DNA of 41,004 bases, from positions 1 through 41,004 of IMG/VR virus record IMGVR_UViG_3300033067_002145. One strand, given 5' to 3'. The notes under the pieces were generated by a model, which was not told where the DNA came from, did not search any database, and saw only the letters and a list, made by a program, of their open reading frames with translations. This document shows positions 1 through 8,808 of this stretch, piece after piece. Position numbers and translations under genes: made by a program. Origin of the DNA: a virus (taxonomy: Duplodnaviria; Caudoviricetes). Within the stretch, counting starts at the first letter, position 1, and every line of letters starts with the position of its first letter.

Positions 1-498
1 CTGCCTTACGAAGAGCTGCGGTTGCCGGAGTTTCCGTTGGTCAAGCTGTCTCAGATGACCGCAGCGCTCGCAGACAGGTCGGTGATCCTGTCTGCGGCCG
101 AGTTTGCCAAAGTCTTGGCGGCCGGAAACCCAGTTCCGGAAGTCCAGATCAAGCAGGCGGCTCAAGGAGTCTTCAGTCGCTTGGCGTGTCCTGATGACAA
201 TCCCTACGAGCATCGCGGTCCTATCGATTCGCGATATCTGAAATGGGCCGCAGATGTCGAAGCGACCCACTCACTGAAAGAGGAGGTTCTCTGGAAGCGG
301 GCGGCGTTCCGATCTGCTCTTGATGTGCCTCAGCAGTTGCTACCCAACACGAAGCAGGCCGGCACGGCCAAGCTTGCAGAAGAGTTGGCTCAGCAGTATG
401 GTCTCTACGTTTTGGCCTCAATCGACAGAATGCGGGCCAGAAATCGTAATTTACAATTGACAGCCACAGCAGCGATACTCCAAAATCGGATCTGCTAA
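1..498 (+). CDS. 5'-truncated head-morphogenesis protein (possibly the C-terminus of a prohead protease)
   Basis: Frame is open from base 1 (ctg cct tac gaa...) to TAA at 498. Rich in K-x-A motifs (KQA x2, KWA, KRA, KLA) and lies just upstream of the scaffold-like and capsid genes. The protease identity is from position only. Confidence 0.45.
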   Translation: MPYEELRLPEFPLVKLSQMTAALADRSVILSAAEFAKVLAAGNPVPEVQIKQAAQGVFSRLACPDDNPYEHRGPIDSRYLKWAADVEATHSLKEEVLWKRAAFRSALDVPQQLLPNTKQAGTAKLAEELAQQYGLYVLASIDRMRARNRNLQLTATAAILQNRIC

Positions 499-544
499 CA
501 CCTGAGCAGCAAAGCTGTGACAGCACCCAAGGAGGGGTAACCGA

Positions 545-1864
545 ATGTCCCGCAATTCAATGCCGAATTTTTTCCAGCAGTTGAACCAACTCGTGAACGA
601 GATTGGTGGTACGGGCAAAACTGCAAGTGCTATCACCGAACCCACGGGCGTCGGTGCTTGCGGATCTGATACCAGCAGTCCAACCGCCACTGCTGAAGAC
701 CACTGCCAGACTGTCAGCACCGGTGAACGAGCTGCTGAAATGTCTGCCAGCGTGAAAGACTACGGGAAAGGCTCGATCGACGCCGCTCCCGACGCTTCAC
801 CCAGTGCCCCCTCCGAAGAATCACGCCAAGCCAACATCGGTCTGACACAGTCTGGTGTCGGCAACGACCCGTCTCAGGAAGACGGCTATGTCGGCAACCT
901 GAAGGAACCCGGCGTCGGCACAAGCACCGATGCCAAGTTCGATGACGGACGCAAGTATGCGGCTGCGGACTTCCTCAAGCTGTCGTACGAACAACGCGGC
1001 AACACCCTCAGCAAGGTTGCCAACCACATTCTGGCCTCGATCGCTGCGGACGCTTCGCAGCCTGCCGCTCAAACCAAGGTTGCAGCTGTCCAACCGGGAC
1101 CTGCCGATGCCGCCCCGGCCGCCGATCCGGTTTCCGAGCTGGTCAAGCAGGCTGAAGCCGGTTACCAGCTGGCCGCCGTGCTCGGAATGGAAAAACTCAG
1201 CATGGAGCAACGGGCTCAGCTGACAATCTCCGAAACCATGCGGAACGCTCTGTTGGACGCCAGCTTGGTCGGCGCCTTCTTCAAGCGAGCTGCCGAGGAG
1301 ACCCAGGAAAAAAAGCCCAGTGATGGCGACGGAGACGAAGGCGCGTCCGACGGCTCTGAAGCCAGCGGCGGTCCAAGCTCTTCTGGCGGTGACAGCGGTG
1401 CCGGAGACATGAATGCGGCTGTCGATTCCATGGCCGGCGGGCCTGGTGACGACGGTTCGGGTGGCGGACCCGGTGGTGACGCTGGTGGCGGAATCAGTCG
1501 CGAAGAAATGATGCAGCAGCTGCTGATGGCTATGCACGAAATGGGAATCACTCCCGAGGAACTCATGCAGGTGGCTGCCGCTGGCGGTGGTGCACCAGGC
1601 GGGGCTCCGGGCGGTGACCCGATGGCCGCTGCGATGGGCGGGGCTCCACCAATGGGTGGCGGCGCTCCTCCGATGGGCGGGCCAGCTCCAGCCGACCCGA
1701 TGATGGGCGGGCAGCCGAAAATGGCAGAACTGCATACCATGGCCAAGGCCGCACGGGACTTCCAACGCAGCGGACGGTTTGAATTGAAGCTGGCAAGTAC
1801 ACCACAAGAACGCGGGCTCCGGAACCGCATCAAAACCATGTTGTCCGAACTCGTCCGAACCTGA
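545..1864 (+). CDS. Putative scaffold / internal head protein, low complexity
   Basis: Strong RBS (aaggagg) upstream. 439 aa with acidic Gly/Ser and Gly/Met/Pro-rich tracts, many K-x-A motifs and a basic helical C-terminus. Lies upstream of the capsid gene. Confidence 0.55.
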   Translation: MSRNSMPNFFQQLNQLVNEIGGTGKTASAITEPTGVGACGSDTSSPTATAEDHCQTVSTGERAAEMSASVKDYGKGSIDAAPDASPSAPSEESRQANIGLTQSGVGNDPSQEDGYVGNLKEPGVGTSTDAKFDDGRKYAAADFLKLSYEQRGNTLSKVANHILASIAADASQPAAQTKVAAVQPGPADAAPAADPVSELVKQAEAGYQLAAVLGMEKLSMEQRAQLTISETMRNALLDASLVGAFFKRAAEETQEKKPSDGDGDEGASDGSEASGGPSSSGGDSGAGDMNAAVDSMAGGPGDDGSGGGPGGDAGGGISREEMMQQLLMAMHEMGITPEELMQVAAAGGGAPGGAPGGDPMAAAMGGAPPMGGGAPPMGGPAPADPMMGGQPKMAELHTMAKAARDFQRSGRFELKLASTPQERGLRNRIKTMLSELVRT

Positions 1865-1872
1865 TCGGTGTC

Positions 1873-1886
1873 AATTTCCGGAAATT
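1873..1886. promoter_or_regulatory. 14-bp palindrome AATTTCCGGAAATT, copy 1
   Basis: Perfect inverted repeat in the intergenic gap after the stop at 1864; identical copies at 7154, 24188 and 38436. Confidence 0.75.
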
Positions 1887-1924
1887 CAAGCCGACCTTCC
1901 CAAAGTCCAAAAGGACCAGTGAAC

Positions 1925-2314
1925 ATGTTAGACAAGCAAGCCGTTCTCGAATATGTCGAGCTGAGTACCGCCGCACTCGACGACGCGCACAACAAGCTGG
2001 CGTCCGTGCAGGCCCAGCAAAGCCAGTATCTGGAAGAAGTCAACAAGACTGTCGACCGGATGGTGGCGGCCGGCACACTCCGCAAGGACGCCGCAGCTCA
2101 CGCCGCGACGGTCCTGGCTAATCCGATTCAGGCCCTGCGGGAATTGGCTGAGTTGTCAGCCACCACCGCAGGTCAGGCACCTGCCGACAAGATCGGAACT
2201 GTCGGACAATCTGGACACGGTAAAGCCGCTGCCGTGCGATCAGAACCAAATTCGCGGCGCCAAGCCGATATCGATTTCCTCAGAGGTCTGGGACTTCCTA
2301 CCGACCTGGTGTGA
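1925..2314 (+). CDS. Small coiled-coil head-associated protein
   Basis: ATG at 1925 follows an aaaagga RBS (the ORF track starts at GTG 1868). Ala-rich and helical, with KQA, KLA, KDA and KAA motifs. Confidence 0.55.
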   Translation: MLDKQAVLEYVELSTAALDDAHNKLASVQAQQSQYLEEVNKTVDRMVAAGTLRKDAAAHAATVLANPIQALRELAELSATTAGQAPADKIGTVGQSGHGKAAAVRSEPNSRRQADIDFLRGLGLPTDLV

Positions 2315-2381
2315 AGTCGGCGACGCAGCCGCTTAGTCCTGCGATCCCTTACCAAAGTTTCCGAGCCAAGGAGGGCTCTCG

Positions 2382-2960
2382 ATGACCACAACCATTTCTG
2401 TCCTGGCTAACATTTTCGAGCACACGCTCGACCCGATCATGGGATTCGACATCTCGCCGGGCCACGCCCTGCTGTACACCGCCAAGATGTCGGCAAACGT
2501 CACGATCCTCCCGTACGAAGGTCGCGTCGTCCACCTGAACTCCTCTGGCGAATTCGAAATGGGGGCCGCCGGGCCTGTCATGCCGATGTTCCTCCAGAAG
2601 TGGTCGCTGCCCATGGGCCAGCTGCCGACCGTGTCGCCATATTGGCAAGCGTTCGGTACGTACCCGTTCTCTGCGATGGTCGCCACCGGCGGCTTCGAAC
2701 TCGCGACCACGGAATACGATTCCGCCAAGACGTATCACGTCAATGACTTCCTGGCAGCGCTCGCGGACAACACCACCCAAGCCACCGGCGGTGTTCTCAC
2801 CAACGTGGCTGTTGACGGTACAACGGCGCTCACCGCACCTTGGAAGGGCGGCGGAACCACCCGCACGATCGTCGGCCAAGTGTCTCGCACCCCGACCCAA
2901 CTGCGGAACAAGAACACGGTCCTGAGCTTCTGGACCCTGTACTTCCCCGGAACGACGTGA
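2382..2960 (+). CDS. Putative capsid decoration/cement protein
   Basis: aaggagg RBS; 192 aa, beta-rich and Thr/Gly-rich; immediately upstream of the probable MCP, the usual position for decoration proteins. Confidence 0.5.
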   Translation: MTTTISVLANIFEHTLDPIMGFDISPGHALLYTAKMSANVTILPYEGRVVHLNSSGEFEMGAAGPVMPMFLQKWSLPMGQLPTVSPYWQAFGTYPFSAMVATGGFELATTEYDSAKTYHVNDFLAALADNTTQATGGVLTNVAVDGTTALTAPWKGGGTTRTIVGQVSRTPTQLRNKNTVLSFWTLYFPGTT

Positions 2961-3032
2961 TCCGGACCACTGAGTAACTTCCCCCGGGCCGCCGGGTTTT
3001 CATACTAAAAAGACGCATGGAGGCGTTTCAGC

Positions 3033-3977
3033 ATGTCAAGCAAGAACACAGCGCAGGTTGTCAACAGCACCCTGCTCGACCAACTGGCCACCCCGGGCCT
3101 GCAGAAGCAAGCTGAGGATACGATTAACTCGTACACTCGCTCGATTCTGCGTGAAGAAGGGGCTTTCCGAAAGATCATCCCGATGCAGGAACTGGGCGAC
3201 GACGAGCTGGACGTTCAGCTCGGCAGCGACCTGCCTGTGAAGATCATCTTCAAGGAACCACTGACCCCGGGCGCCATGACGATCCCGTTCGCCGGTGCTC
3301 CCCGGTCGTTCTTCATTCGTGGTCCGAACTACCCGATTTACTTCAAGGAAATCGTCGGTTCGAAGCACGTCAAGCACGTGGACGAGCTCCGCGTTTACCC
3401 CTACGACATCCGGCAGGTCATCACCGACCACTCAATCCGCGATGTCCAGGAAGAAGAAGACGTCAACTTCCTGACCTACGGTGTCGACGCTTGCTTGATC
3501 GGTCGCGATCAGGTCAGCCCGTTCACCAACGAAGTCCAGTGGCGTCTGCTCCGTGGCGGTTGGACCCGTGCCAACGTGGCCGAGTCGTTCAAGACCCTGC
3601 CTCGTGGTTTCGCTCGCGTCAAGACCGACACGGTCCTGATCAACAGCGTCACCAGCTACGAGTTCATGAAGTGGGGCCGTGACGAGATGGGGGGCGACAT
3701 GTCGCAGTCCATCCTTCAAGACGGTCGTGCTGAAGGAAGCTGGTTGTCCGGCGACTTCATGCAAGCCCGCTGGCTGATCTCGATCAAGCTGAACCTCATC
3801 CCCAATGGTACCATGTACCAGTTCGCGACTCCCGATTATATTGGGAAAAGCTTCTCGCTCACGGATATCACCATGTATATTGACCGCCGAGGTCCGATCG
3901 TGGAATTCTATCCGTACGAGACCATTGGTGGTGCCATCGGTAACGTCGCAGGTGTCGCCCGTACCGACATCCTGTGA
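3033..3977 (+). CDS. Probable major capsid protein (HK97-like fold)
   Basis: ggagg RBS, strongly biased codons and a terminator after it. 314 aa; the N-terminal 'YTRSILREEGAFRKIIP' segment and a spine-helix-like 'DIRQVITDHSIRDVQEEEDVNFL' fit phage MCPs. Synteny agrees. Confidence 0.7.
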   Translation: MSSKNTAQVVNSTLLDQLATPGLQKQAEDTINSYTRSILREEGAFRKIIPMQELGDDELDVQLGSDLPVKIIFKEPLTPGAMTIPFAGAPRSFFIRGPNYPIYFKEIVGSKHVKHVDELRVYPYDIRQVITDHSIRDVQEEEDVNFLTYGVDACLIGRDQVSPFTNEVQWRLLRGGWTRANVAESFKTLPRGFARVKTDTVLINSVTSYEFMKWGRDEMGGDMSQSILQDGRAEGSWLSGDFMQARWLISIKLNLIPNGTMYQFATPDYIGKSFSLTDITMYIDRRGPIVEFYPYETIGGAIGNVAGVARTDIL

Positions 3978-3994
3978 CCTGCAATTGATGTCCC

Positions 3995-4028
3995 GGCAGG
4001 GCTGCCCTCGCAGCCCTGCTTGTTTGTT
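3995..4028 (+). terminator. Intrinsic terminator after the capsid gene
   Basis: 10-bp stem GCAGGGCTGC/GCAGCCCTGC (3996-4005/4010-4019), 4-nt loop, followed by TTGTTTGTT. Confidence 0.75.
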
Positions 4029-4081
4029 CTCCGTATACGCCGTCTCACCTTTCCCAGACCGACTCAAGAGGCCGCAAACAA

Positions 4082-4483
4082 ATGTCCACTCAAGCCCCAG
4101 CCGCTGCCGAAGCTCACGCCGCACTGCACCAAGGTGTGTACTTGCCCGTGTTCTTCACCAAGCTCGCCGAATTCCCGCATGTGCCTGTCCCACAGACTGA
4201 AGAAGACGTCGAGGCCCTGCTGCGAATCGCCGGTCGCGTGCGTCACGCGCATGACACGCAGACCGTCAAGCAGGCGGCCGAAGCCAATCCATTCAACCAG
4301 GCCGAGCGACTCCTGGACCAGCTGTTGACCAAGTCCGCGGCCGCCGAGCCAGACATCGATCGACAGATCGAGATCGAGGCCCAGCGTGTCGTGGCCAGCA
4401 ATCCTGCTCTAGCCAAGGCTGCCGTCGAATGGCAAAATGCCGTGGCTCAAGAGCATCTCGACGCTCAATCCAACGCGGCCTGA
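4082..4483 (+). CDS. Hypothetical head-associated protein
   Basis: aagagg RBS; 133 aa, Ala-rich and helical, with KLA, KQA, KSA and KAA motifs. Confidence 0.55.
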   Translation: MSTQAPAAAEAHAALHQGVYLPVFFTKLAEFPHVPVPQTEEDVEALLRIAGRVRHAHDTQTVKQAAEANPFNQAERLLDQLLTKSAAAEPDIDRQIEIEAQRVVASNPALAKAAVEWQNAVAQEHLDAQSNAA

Positions 4484-4541
4484 CGGCAATTATCGTCGTC
4501 TCGGCTGATTGAGTTCTTCTAATACCCAAGAGGTTTTGAAC

Positions 4542-4877
4542 ATGTCCCTCCCATGCCTTTACACTACTCTTCAGAACACCAGCGGTTCTGAACGGTATTT
4601 CGGATTTGTCCGGCAGGGTGTCCTGCTGCAGGCGAATGAGCAGGTCTCCTACCCGGGGGACATCTCAACCGTCTTGGCAGTCGCCAAAGATTCTGATCGC
4701 GTGTTCCCTTCTTTTGAAGAGGCGCTCGACAACGGTGAGATCATCATCCTGAAAACTCCGGCCGTGCATCTGTACGACGCGACCCGCGCTGAAGTGCGGG
4801 TGCTGTCCGTCGCGAATCATGTGCTCGGTACTGTTGATCCTTGCTGGGGCACCTTCTCGGATTCTGTGGTCGGTTAA
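4542..4877 (+). CDS. Hypothetical virion protein
   Basis: ATG at 4542 follows an aagagg RBS (the ORF track starts at TTG 4509); 111 aa within the structural operon. Confidence 0.55.
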   Translation: MSLPCLYTTLQNTSGSERYFGFVRQGVLLQANEQVSYPGDISTVLAVAKDSDRVFPSFEEALDNGEIIILKTPAVHLYDATRAEVRVLSVANHVLGTVDPCWGTFSDSVVG

Positions 4878-4901
4878 TCGTCTGCCTGTCTGGGTCTGGT
4901 G

Positions 4902-4950
4902 TGCGAGCGCCCCGTGGTTTCCCTGTCCACGGGGCGTTTGCATTATGTTT
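4902..4950 (+). terminator. Terminator-like hairpin
   Basis: CGCCCCGTGG/CCACGGGGCG stem (4908-4917/4927-4936), extendable with G-U pairs, followed by T-rich sequence. Confidence 0.6.
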
Positions 4951-4996
4951 GCGGCATTTGGTATCGTGAACTGGGTCTGACATCCCCGGCTCTTAG

Positions 4997-6286
4997 ATGA
5001 AATGGAAGTGCCCTGTGCCCGCGATCAGTGTCTACACCCCCGTCCATAATTCCCGCTGGATCGAACGAGCTTGGAAATCGCTCCAGAGCCAGAAATTTAC
5101 CAATTTCGAGTGGGTGTTGGTTCCGAATGGGGATTGTCGAACGCTCCCAGACTCCCTGCTGTCGGACCCACGAATCCGGGTGTTTGCGGCTCATGACCTC
5201 ACCGGCAACATCGGGGCCCTCAAGAAATTCGCAGTCAGCCACGCCACTGCGGACATCTTGGTCGAGCTCGACCACGATGATGAGTTGACTCCCGACGCAC
5301 TGCTGGCAATAAGCCGCGAAGCGGACCCAACCAAAGCAGAGTTCCTCTACTCAGACTTTGCTGCGGTCGAGGAAGGTTACAAGCCGTTCAAGTACTCGGC
5401 AGATTACAACTGGACGACATACACGTTCTACTACCAAGGACACCAGTTGTTGGCCTCAAAAGCCTTTGACGCCTGTCCTGTTTCGCTCGGTTACCTGCCG
5501 TTCGCTCCGAATCATGTCCGGGCCTTCACCCGTAAAGCCTATGAGGTCTGTGGAGGATACGACGACAAACTCCTCGTGGCGGACGACTACGACCTGATGG
5601 TCAAGATGTACATCAATCAAGTGGAGTTCAAACGGATCGAGTCCTGCCTGTACATCTACCACCTGCATTCCAACAACACATCCACCAACGCAGATCGCCA
5701 AGCCACGATCGAGCGTACCCATCTGCGGATCTCCCATGCCAGGAACACGGAACTTGTCTCGGAATGGGTGCGGCGGCAAAAACTGCTGACTTTCGAGCTC
5801 TCGGTTATGGATATCGCCAACAGCCCGCGGATCATCGTAAATCCGCTGAAGACGCTGAGCTTGTCTGGCGAAGACCGTCGTCCGGTATTCCACGGATTGT
5901 CCGATATGGCCGACAACTCGGTGGGGGAATTGGTTGTCAGCAATCTGCTGCCTTACCTCGACCGGACGCTGATCCTCCCATTCTTCCAAGAGTGCTACCG
6001 CATACTGGCCCCCGGCGGCTGGATGCGATGCCAGTTCCCCAGCACAGATGGGAGGGCGGCCTACACAAATCCGCTGTATCTTTCCCACTGGAATACGACT
6101 ACGCTCTGGACATTCACACGGCGGGCCTACGCAGACATGGCCGGCGTGTCAGGTGTCCGATTTTACGAGGCCCGTGCGTGGGATTACTATCCTACGGCGG
6201 AACATGAAACGGCTAAAATGTTGTATGCCCAAGTGGACCTCGTAGCCCTGAAGGGTCAGCGACAACCTGGTTGGGCGGGAATTTAA
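4997..6286 (+). CDS. GT2-family glycosyltransferase fused to a C-terminal methyltransferase-like domain
   Basis: 'ISVYTPVHN' start strand, 'FEWVLVPNG', DxD motif 'LVELDHDD' and 'ADDYDL'. The C-terminal 'FFQECYRILAPGGW..FP' is typical of class I SAM methyltransferases. Confidence 0.85.
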   Translation: MKWKCPVPAISVYTPVHNSRWIERAWKSLQSQKFTNFEWVLVPNGDCRTLPDSLLSDPRIRVFAAHDLTGNIGALKKFAVSHATADILVELDHDDELTPDALLAISREADPTKAEFLYSDFAAVEEGYKPFKYSADYNWTTYTFYYQGHQLLASKAFDACPVSLGYLPFAPNHVRAFTRKAYEVCGGYDDKLLVADDYDLMVKMYINQVEFKRIESCLYIYHLHSNNTSTNADRQATIERTHLRISHARNTELVSEWVRRQKLLTFELSVMDIANSPRIIVNPLKTLSLSGEDRRPVFHGLSDMADNSVGELVVSNLLPYLDRTLILPFFQECYRILAPGGWMRCQFPSTDGRAAYTNPLYLSHWNTTTLWTFTRRAYADMAGVSGVRFYEARAWDYYPTAEHETAKMLYAQVDLVALKGQRQPGWAGI

Positions 6287-6291
6287 TCACC

Positions 6292-7155
6292 ATGCCAATA
6301 CTCCCAACTATCACAGCCCAGCCGAATCCGGACCATTTCGGCGGGGCACGGGTCAAGGCCAAGCGGCGATCCTATATCGCCACGTCTGGGCATGTCGCTA
6401 CGCTGCGGATCGTGATCGAGGACGCCTCCGGCAATCCTGTCGATCTGGGCAACTACGGCTTTGTGCAGGGCGGAGGCTCGGAACCAGCGTCAACATTGCG
6501 GGTTGCCGTACGTGAGCGGGTGGATGGGGAAGGTACCGACGTCACAGCCGACGTCGTTGATGTCAGTAATGGGATTATCACCGCGACCCTGCCGGAAGGC
6601 ATCACGGAACGACCTGGCATCTGGCTCATGCTATTCTCGGCAATCCTGCCGACCGACGAGGCGCATTTCCTGGGTGACGCCTACCTCGTTATCGAGAAGG
6701 GGTTGAGCACCGTCTACTCGGGTCCGCCGAGCTTGGCTGAGATCCGAATGTTCTTGCGGGATTATGCCCAAGAAAACGAGCTGCTGGATGCCGTCGATTT
6801 TGATGTCAGTGAGCTGGCTATGGCGGCCAGTATGTGTGTCAACGAATGGAATGAGATCCCACCGCCGGACGGACAGCGCTACACGACCTCCGATTTTCCG
6901 TACCGATGGAACTGGTTGGTCGGTATCTCATCAAAGCTGTTCCGGATTGCGGCGGAGCACTATGCCAGAAACTCACTGAAATTCGTATCCGGTGGAAAAA
7001 CCACTGACGACAAAAACAGAACCAGCGAATACACGCAGCGGGCCGAGATGGCCCGACAGGAATGGACATCGTTCATCCGTGAACGTAAAACTATCGATTC
7101 CGTCAACTCAGGCGGGTACGGCGAGGTCAGCGGGTTCTTTAATTACCCGTGGTAA
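6292..7155 (+). CDS. Putative head-tail adaptor / neck protein with N-terminal Ig-like domain
   Basis: N-terminal beta-sandwich-like segment ('DASGNPVDL', 'NGIITATLP'). The C-terminal helical part ('EIRMFLRDY..NELLD', 'LKFVSGG..TDDKN') resembles head-completion proteins. Synteny agrees. Confidence 0.55.
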   Translation: MPILPTITAQPNPDHFGGARVKAKRRSYIATSGHVATLRIVIEDASGNPVDLGNYGFVQGGGSEPASTLRVAVRERVDGEGTDVTADVVDVSNGIITATLPEGITERPGIWLMLFSAILPTDEAHFLGDAYLVIEKGLSTVYSGPPSLAEIRMFLRDYAQENELLDAVDFDVSELAMAASMCVNEWNEIPPPDGQRYTTSDFPYRWNWLVGISSKLFRIAAEHYARNSLKFVSGGKTTDDKNRTSEYTQRAEMARQEWTSFIRERKTIDSVNSGGYGEVSGFFNYPW

Positions 7156-7167
7156 TTTCCGGAAATT
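7154..7167. promoter_or_regulatory. 14-bp palindrome AATTTCCGGAAATT, copy 2
   Basis: Overlaps the TAA stop at 7153-7155 and fills most of the gap before ATG 7171. Confidence 0.75.
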
Positions 7168-7170
7168 CAG

Positions 7171-8034
7171 ATGCCATTCAACAGTCTCTCCACGCTAGGG
7201 TTGGCCGATCCGGTATTTGACCGGGTCGTGATCGACCATCTACATGCCGGTGGCAGCCGGGTGTCCTGGCGTATGCGGGAGGACTTTGCAGATCCATCTC
7301 CGTGGCAATTTGAGCTGCAGGTCGGTGAGAGTGCTGTCCAGTCTGCCAATGACTGGAGCACCGTCGCCTCCGTGACGGATGGTGGCGTCTTGGTCGACGA
7401 TACGCCTCGGGATGTCTCCGTCAATCCAACAACTCACTACCGGGTCAAACTGGTCTCCGAGTCCGGTACGTACTACTCGAAGCCGGAGCCGTCGTGGGGG
7501 ACCATCAACCGCCGCGACTGGCTCTTAGCCTGCGCGATTGCCCGCCGGGAAATGTTGCGGTTACGGGTAAATGCGGCAGAGCCTGGCTGGCTGTTCAAGC
7601 GGCGGAAAAAGACCGCCGTGGTTCCCGACACGAAAGTCGTGGACTTCCTAACCCGCGAGATCCGCTCAACCCGTAACACCGCGGGCGTCGGAACAGACCG
7701 CATCGGCGGATTTTTCAATCCGGTGCTGCACTATATCGACTTGGACCCCGCTGTCCGCTATTCTCACCGGGACGCCGATCGCGGCAATGTGGACGACGTA
7801 GTAACCTTGGGTCAATGTCTGGCCTTCCCGCAGCTGGAGCACGGCGATGTCTGGGCGACAGCGACCGGAGACGCCCGATTTCAGATCCATGAGGTTACAA
7901 CCGTCTGTGCCTTCCGTAACATTCCGCTGATTGTTAACCCGAAAGTTTACCGGCTGTCGCCATCAGATCCTGTGTTTGAGTTACCGCTACCGGATGTACC
8001 ACCACTCCAGACTGCCGGGAGAGACGAGATATGA
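7171..8034 (+). CDS. Putative neck / head-closure protein
   Basis: 287 aa; FN3-like N-terminus ('HYRVKL') and closure-like C-terminal strands ('FPQLEHGDVW...RFQIHEV'). Lies between the adaptor and tail-completion genes. Confidence 0.45.
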   Translation: MPFNSLSTLGLADPVFDRVVIDHLHAGGSRVSWRMREDFADPSPWQFELQVGESAVQSANDWSTVASVTDGGVLVDDTPRDVSVNPTTHYRVKLVSESGTYYSKPEPSWGTINRRDWLLACAIARREMLRLRVNAAEPGWLFKRRKKTAVVPDTKVVDFLTREIRSTRNTAGVGTDRIGGFFNPVLHYIDLDPAVRYSHRDADRGNVDDVVTLGQCLAFPQLEHGDVWATATGDARFQIHEVTTVCAFRNIPLIVNPKVYRLSPSDPVFELPLPDVPPLQTAGRDEI

Positions 8035-8153
8035 GCGGAGAGTCGAAACCACAACCGCCGCAACCGGAACCTCCGGTAAAGAAGCTCAGCCTTTGGGGCT
8101 ACGAGCCGAATCCCGAGGCTTTGCGGGCCGTGACAGGACGGCCACAGAAATAA
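8031..8153 (+). CDS. 40-aa Pro-rich small protein (absent from the ORF track)
   Basis: ATG 8031 overlaps the upstream stop (ATGA) and TAA 8153 ends 1 nt before ATG 8155, so it tiles the gap exactly: MSGESKPQPPQPEPPVKKLSLWGYEPNPEALRAVTGRPQK. Confidence 0.5.
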   Translation: MSGESKPQPPQPEPPVKKLSLWGYEPNPEALRAVTGRPQK

Positions 8154-8154
8154 C

Positions 8155-8787
8155 ATGACTATCGAGCACCAGCCGCAGCCTGTTTTCGACGACCCGAGCT
8201 ACCTGTGCAGCAACCAGCTGACGCCGCACAGGATGACCGGGTTCTTGCTTCAGCATTTTCTGAACCATTTCGGACATGCGGAACAGGCCGGCATATCGCC
8301 GTTGCGGAGTTGCGTCTGGCACTCCGACCCTATGCGATCGAAGATCTTGATCGAGTCTCTGACCCGGTGGGACCCGACCCAAGCCGGCGTTCGACCGGCC
8401 ATCCTGATCCGCCGCAACGACTGGGAGGTCTCCCAGATTGCAATCGGAAACCTGATGCAAGGTTCTCAGCTTACGGATGGAACCCAGCGTTACAGTGTGT
8501 TAATGTCCGGCAGTCACACCATATTCTGTCTTTCTGTCGAAGCGGCAGAATGTGAAGAACTGGCCTTCGAAGTGTTCCAGCAGTTGCTAGAATTCTGTCC
8601 GCTGATTCGAGCCAAACTCGGGTTGAACAAAATTCTCCCGAGCCAACTCGGTAAACCGTTACCCGTGCTGGAATCCCGAGAGCACTTTGGGATTCCCATT
8701 ACCGTCGGATACTGCCATAATTTTAATTGGTCCACCCGGCAGCATGCCCCAGTGCTGGGATCTGTTGAAATCAGACCAACTATGTAA
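8155..8787 (+). CDS. Putative tail terminator / tail completion protein
   Basis: 210 aa; 'RPAILIRR', a strand-helix 'CLS..AAECEELA' and terminal strands typical of tail terminators; directly precedes the sheath. Confidence 0.55.
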   Translation: MTIEHQPQPVFDDPSYLCSNQLTPHRMTGFLLQHFLNHFGHAEQAGISPLRSCVWHSDPMRSKILIESLTRWDPTQAGVRPAILIRRNDWEVSQIAIGNLMQGSQLTDGTQRYSVLMSGSHTIFCLSVEAAECEELAFEVFQQLLEFCPLIRAKLGLNKILPSQLGKPLPVLESREHFGIPITVGYCHNFNWSTRQHAPVLGSVEIRPTM

Positions 8788-8808
8788 ATCGGCCATGGAG
8801 GGCCACCA

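Noticed and set aside
457-486. Sigma70 promoter from TTGACA near 457
   Set aside because: It lies inside the coding 3' end and has no good -10 hexamer at 16-18 bp (best is CAAAAT); too weak to call.
2981-3003. Terminator between the decoration and capsid genes
   Set aside because: Only a 5-bp stem with four Ts, directly before a gene expected to be highly expressed; it may be a stabilising hairpin but cannot be supported.
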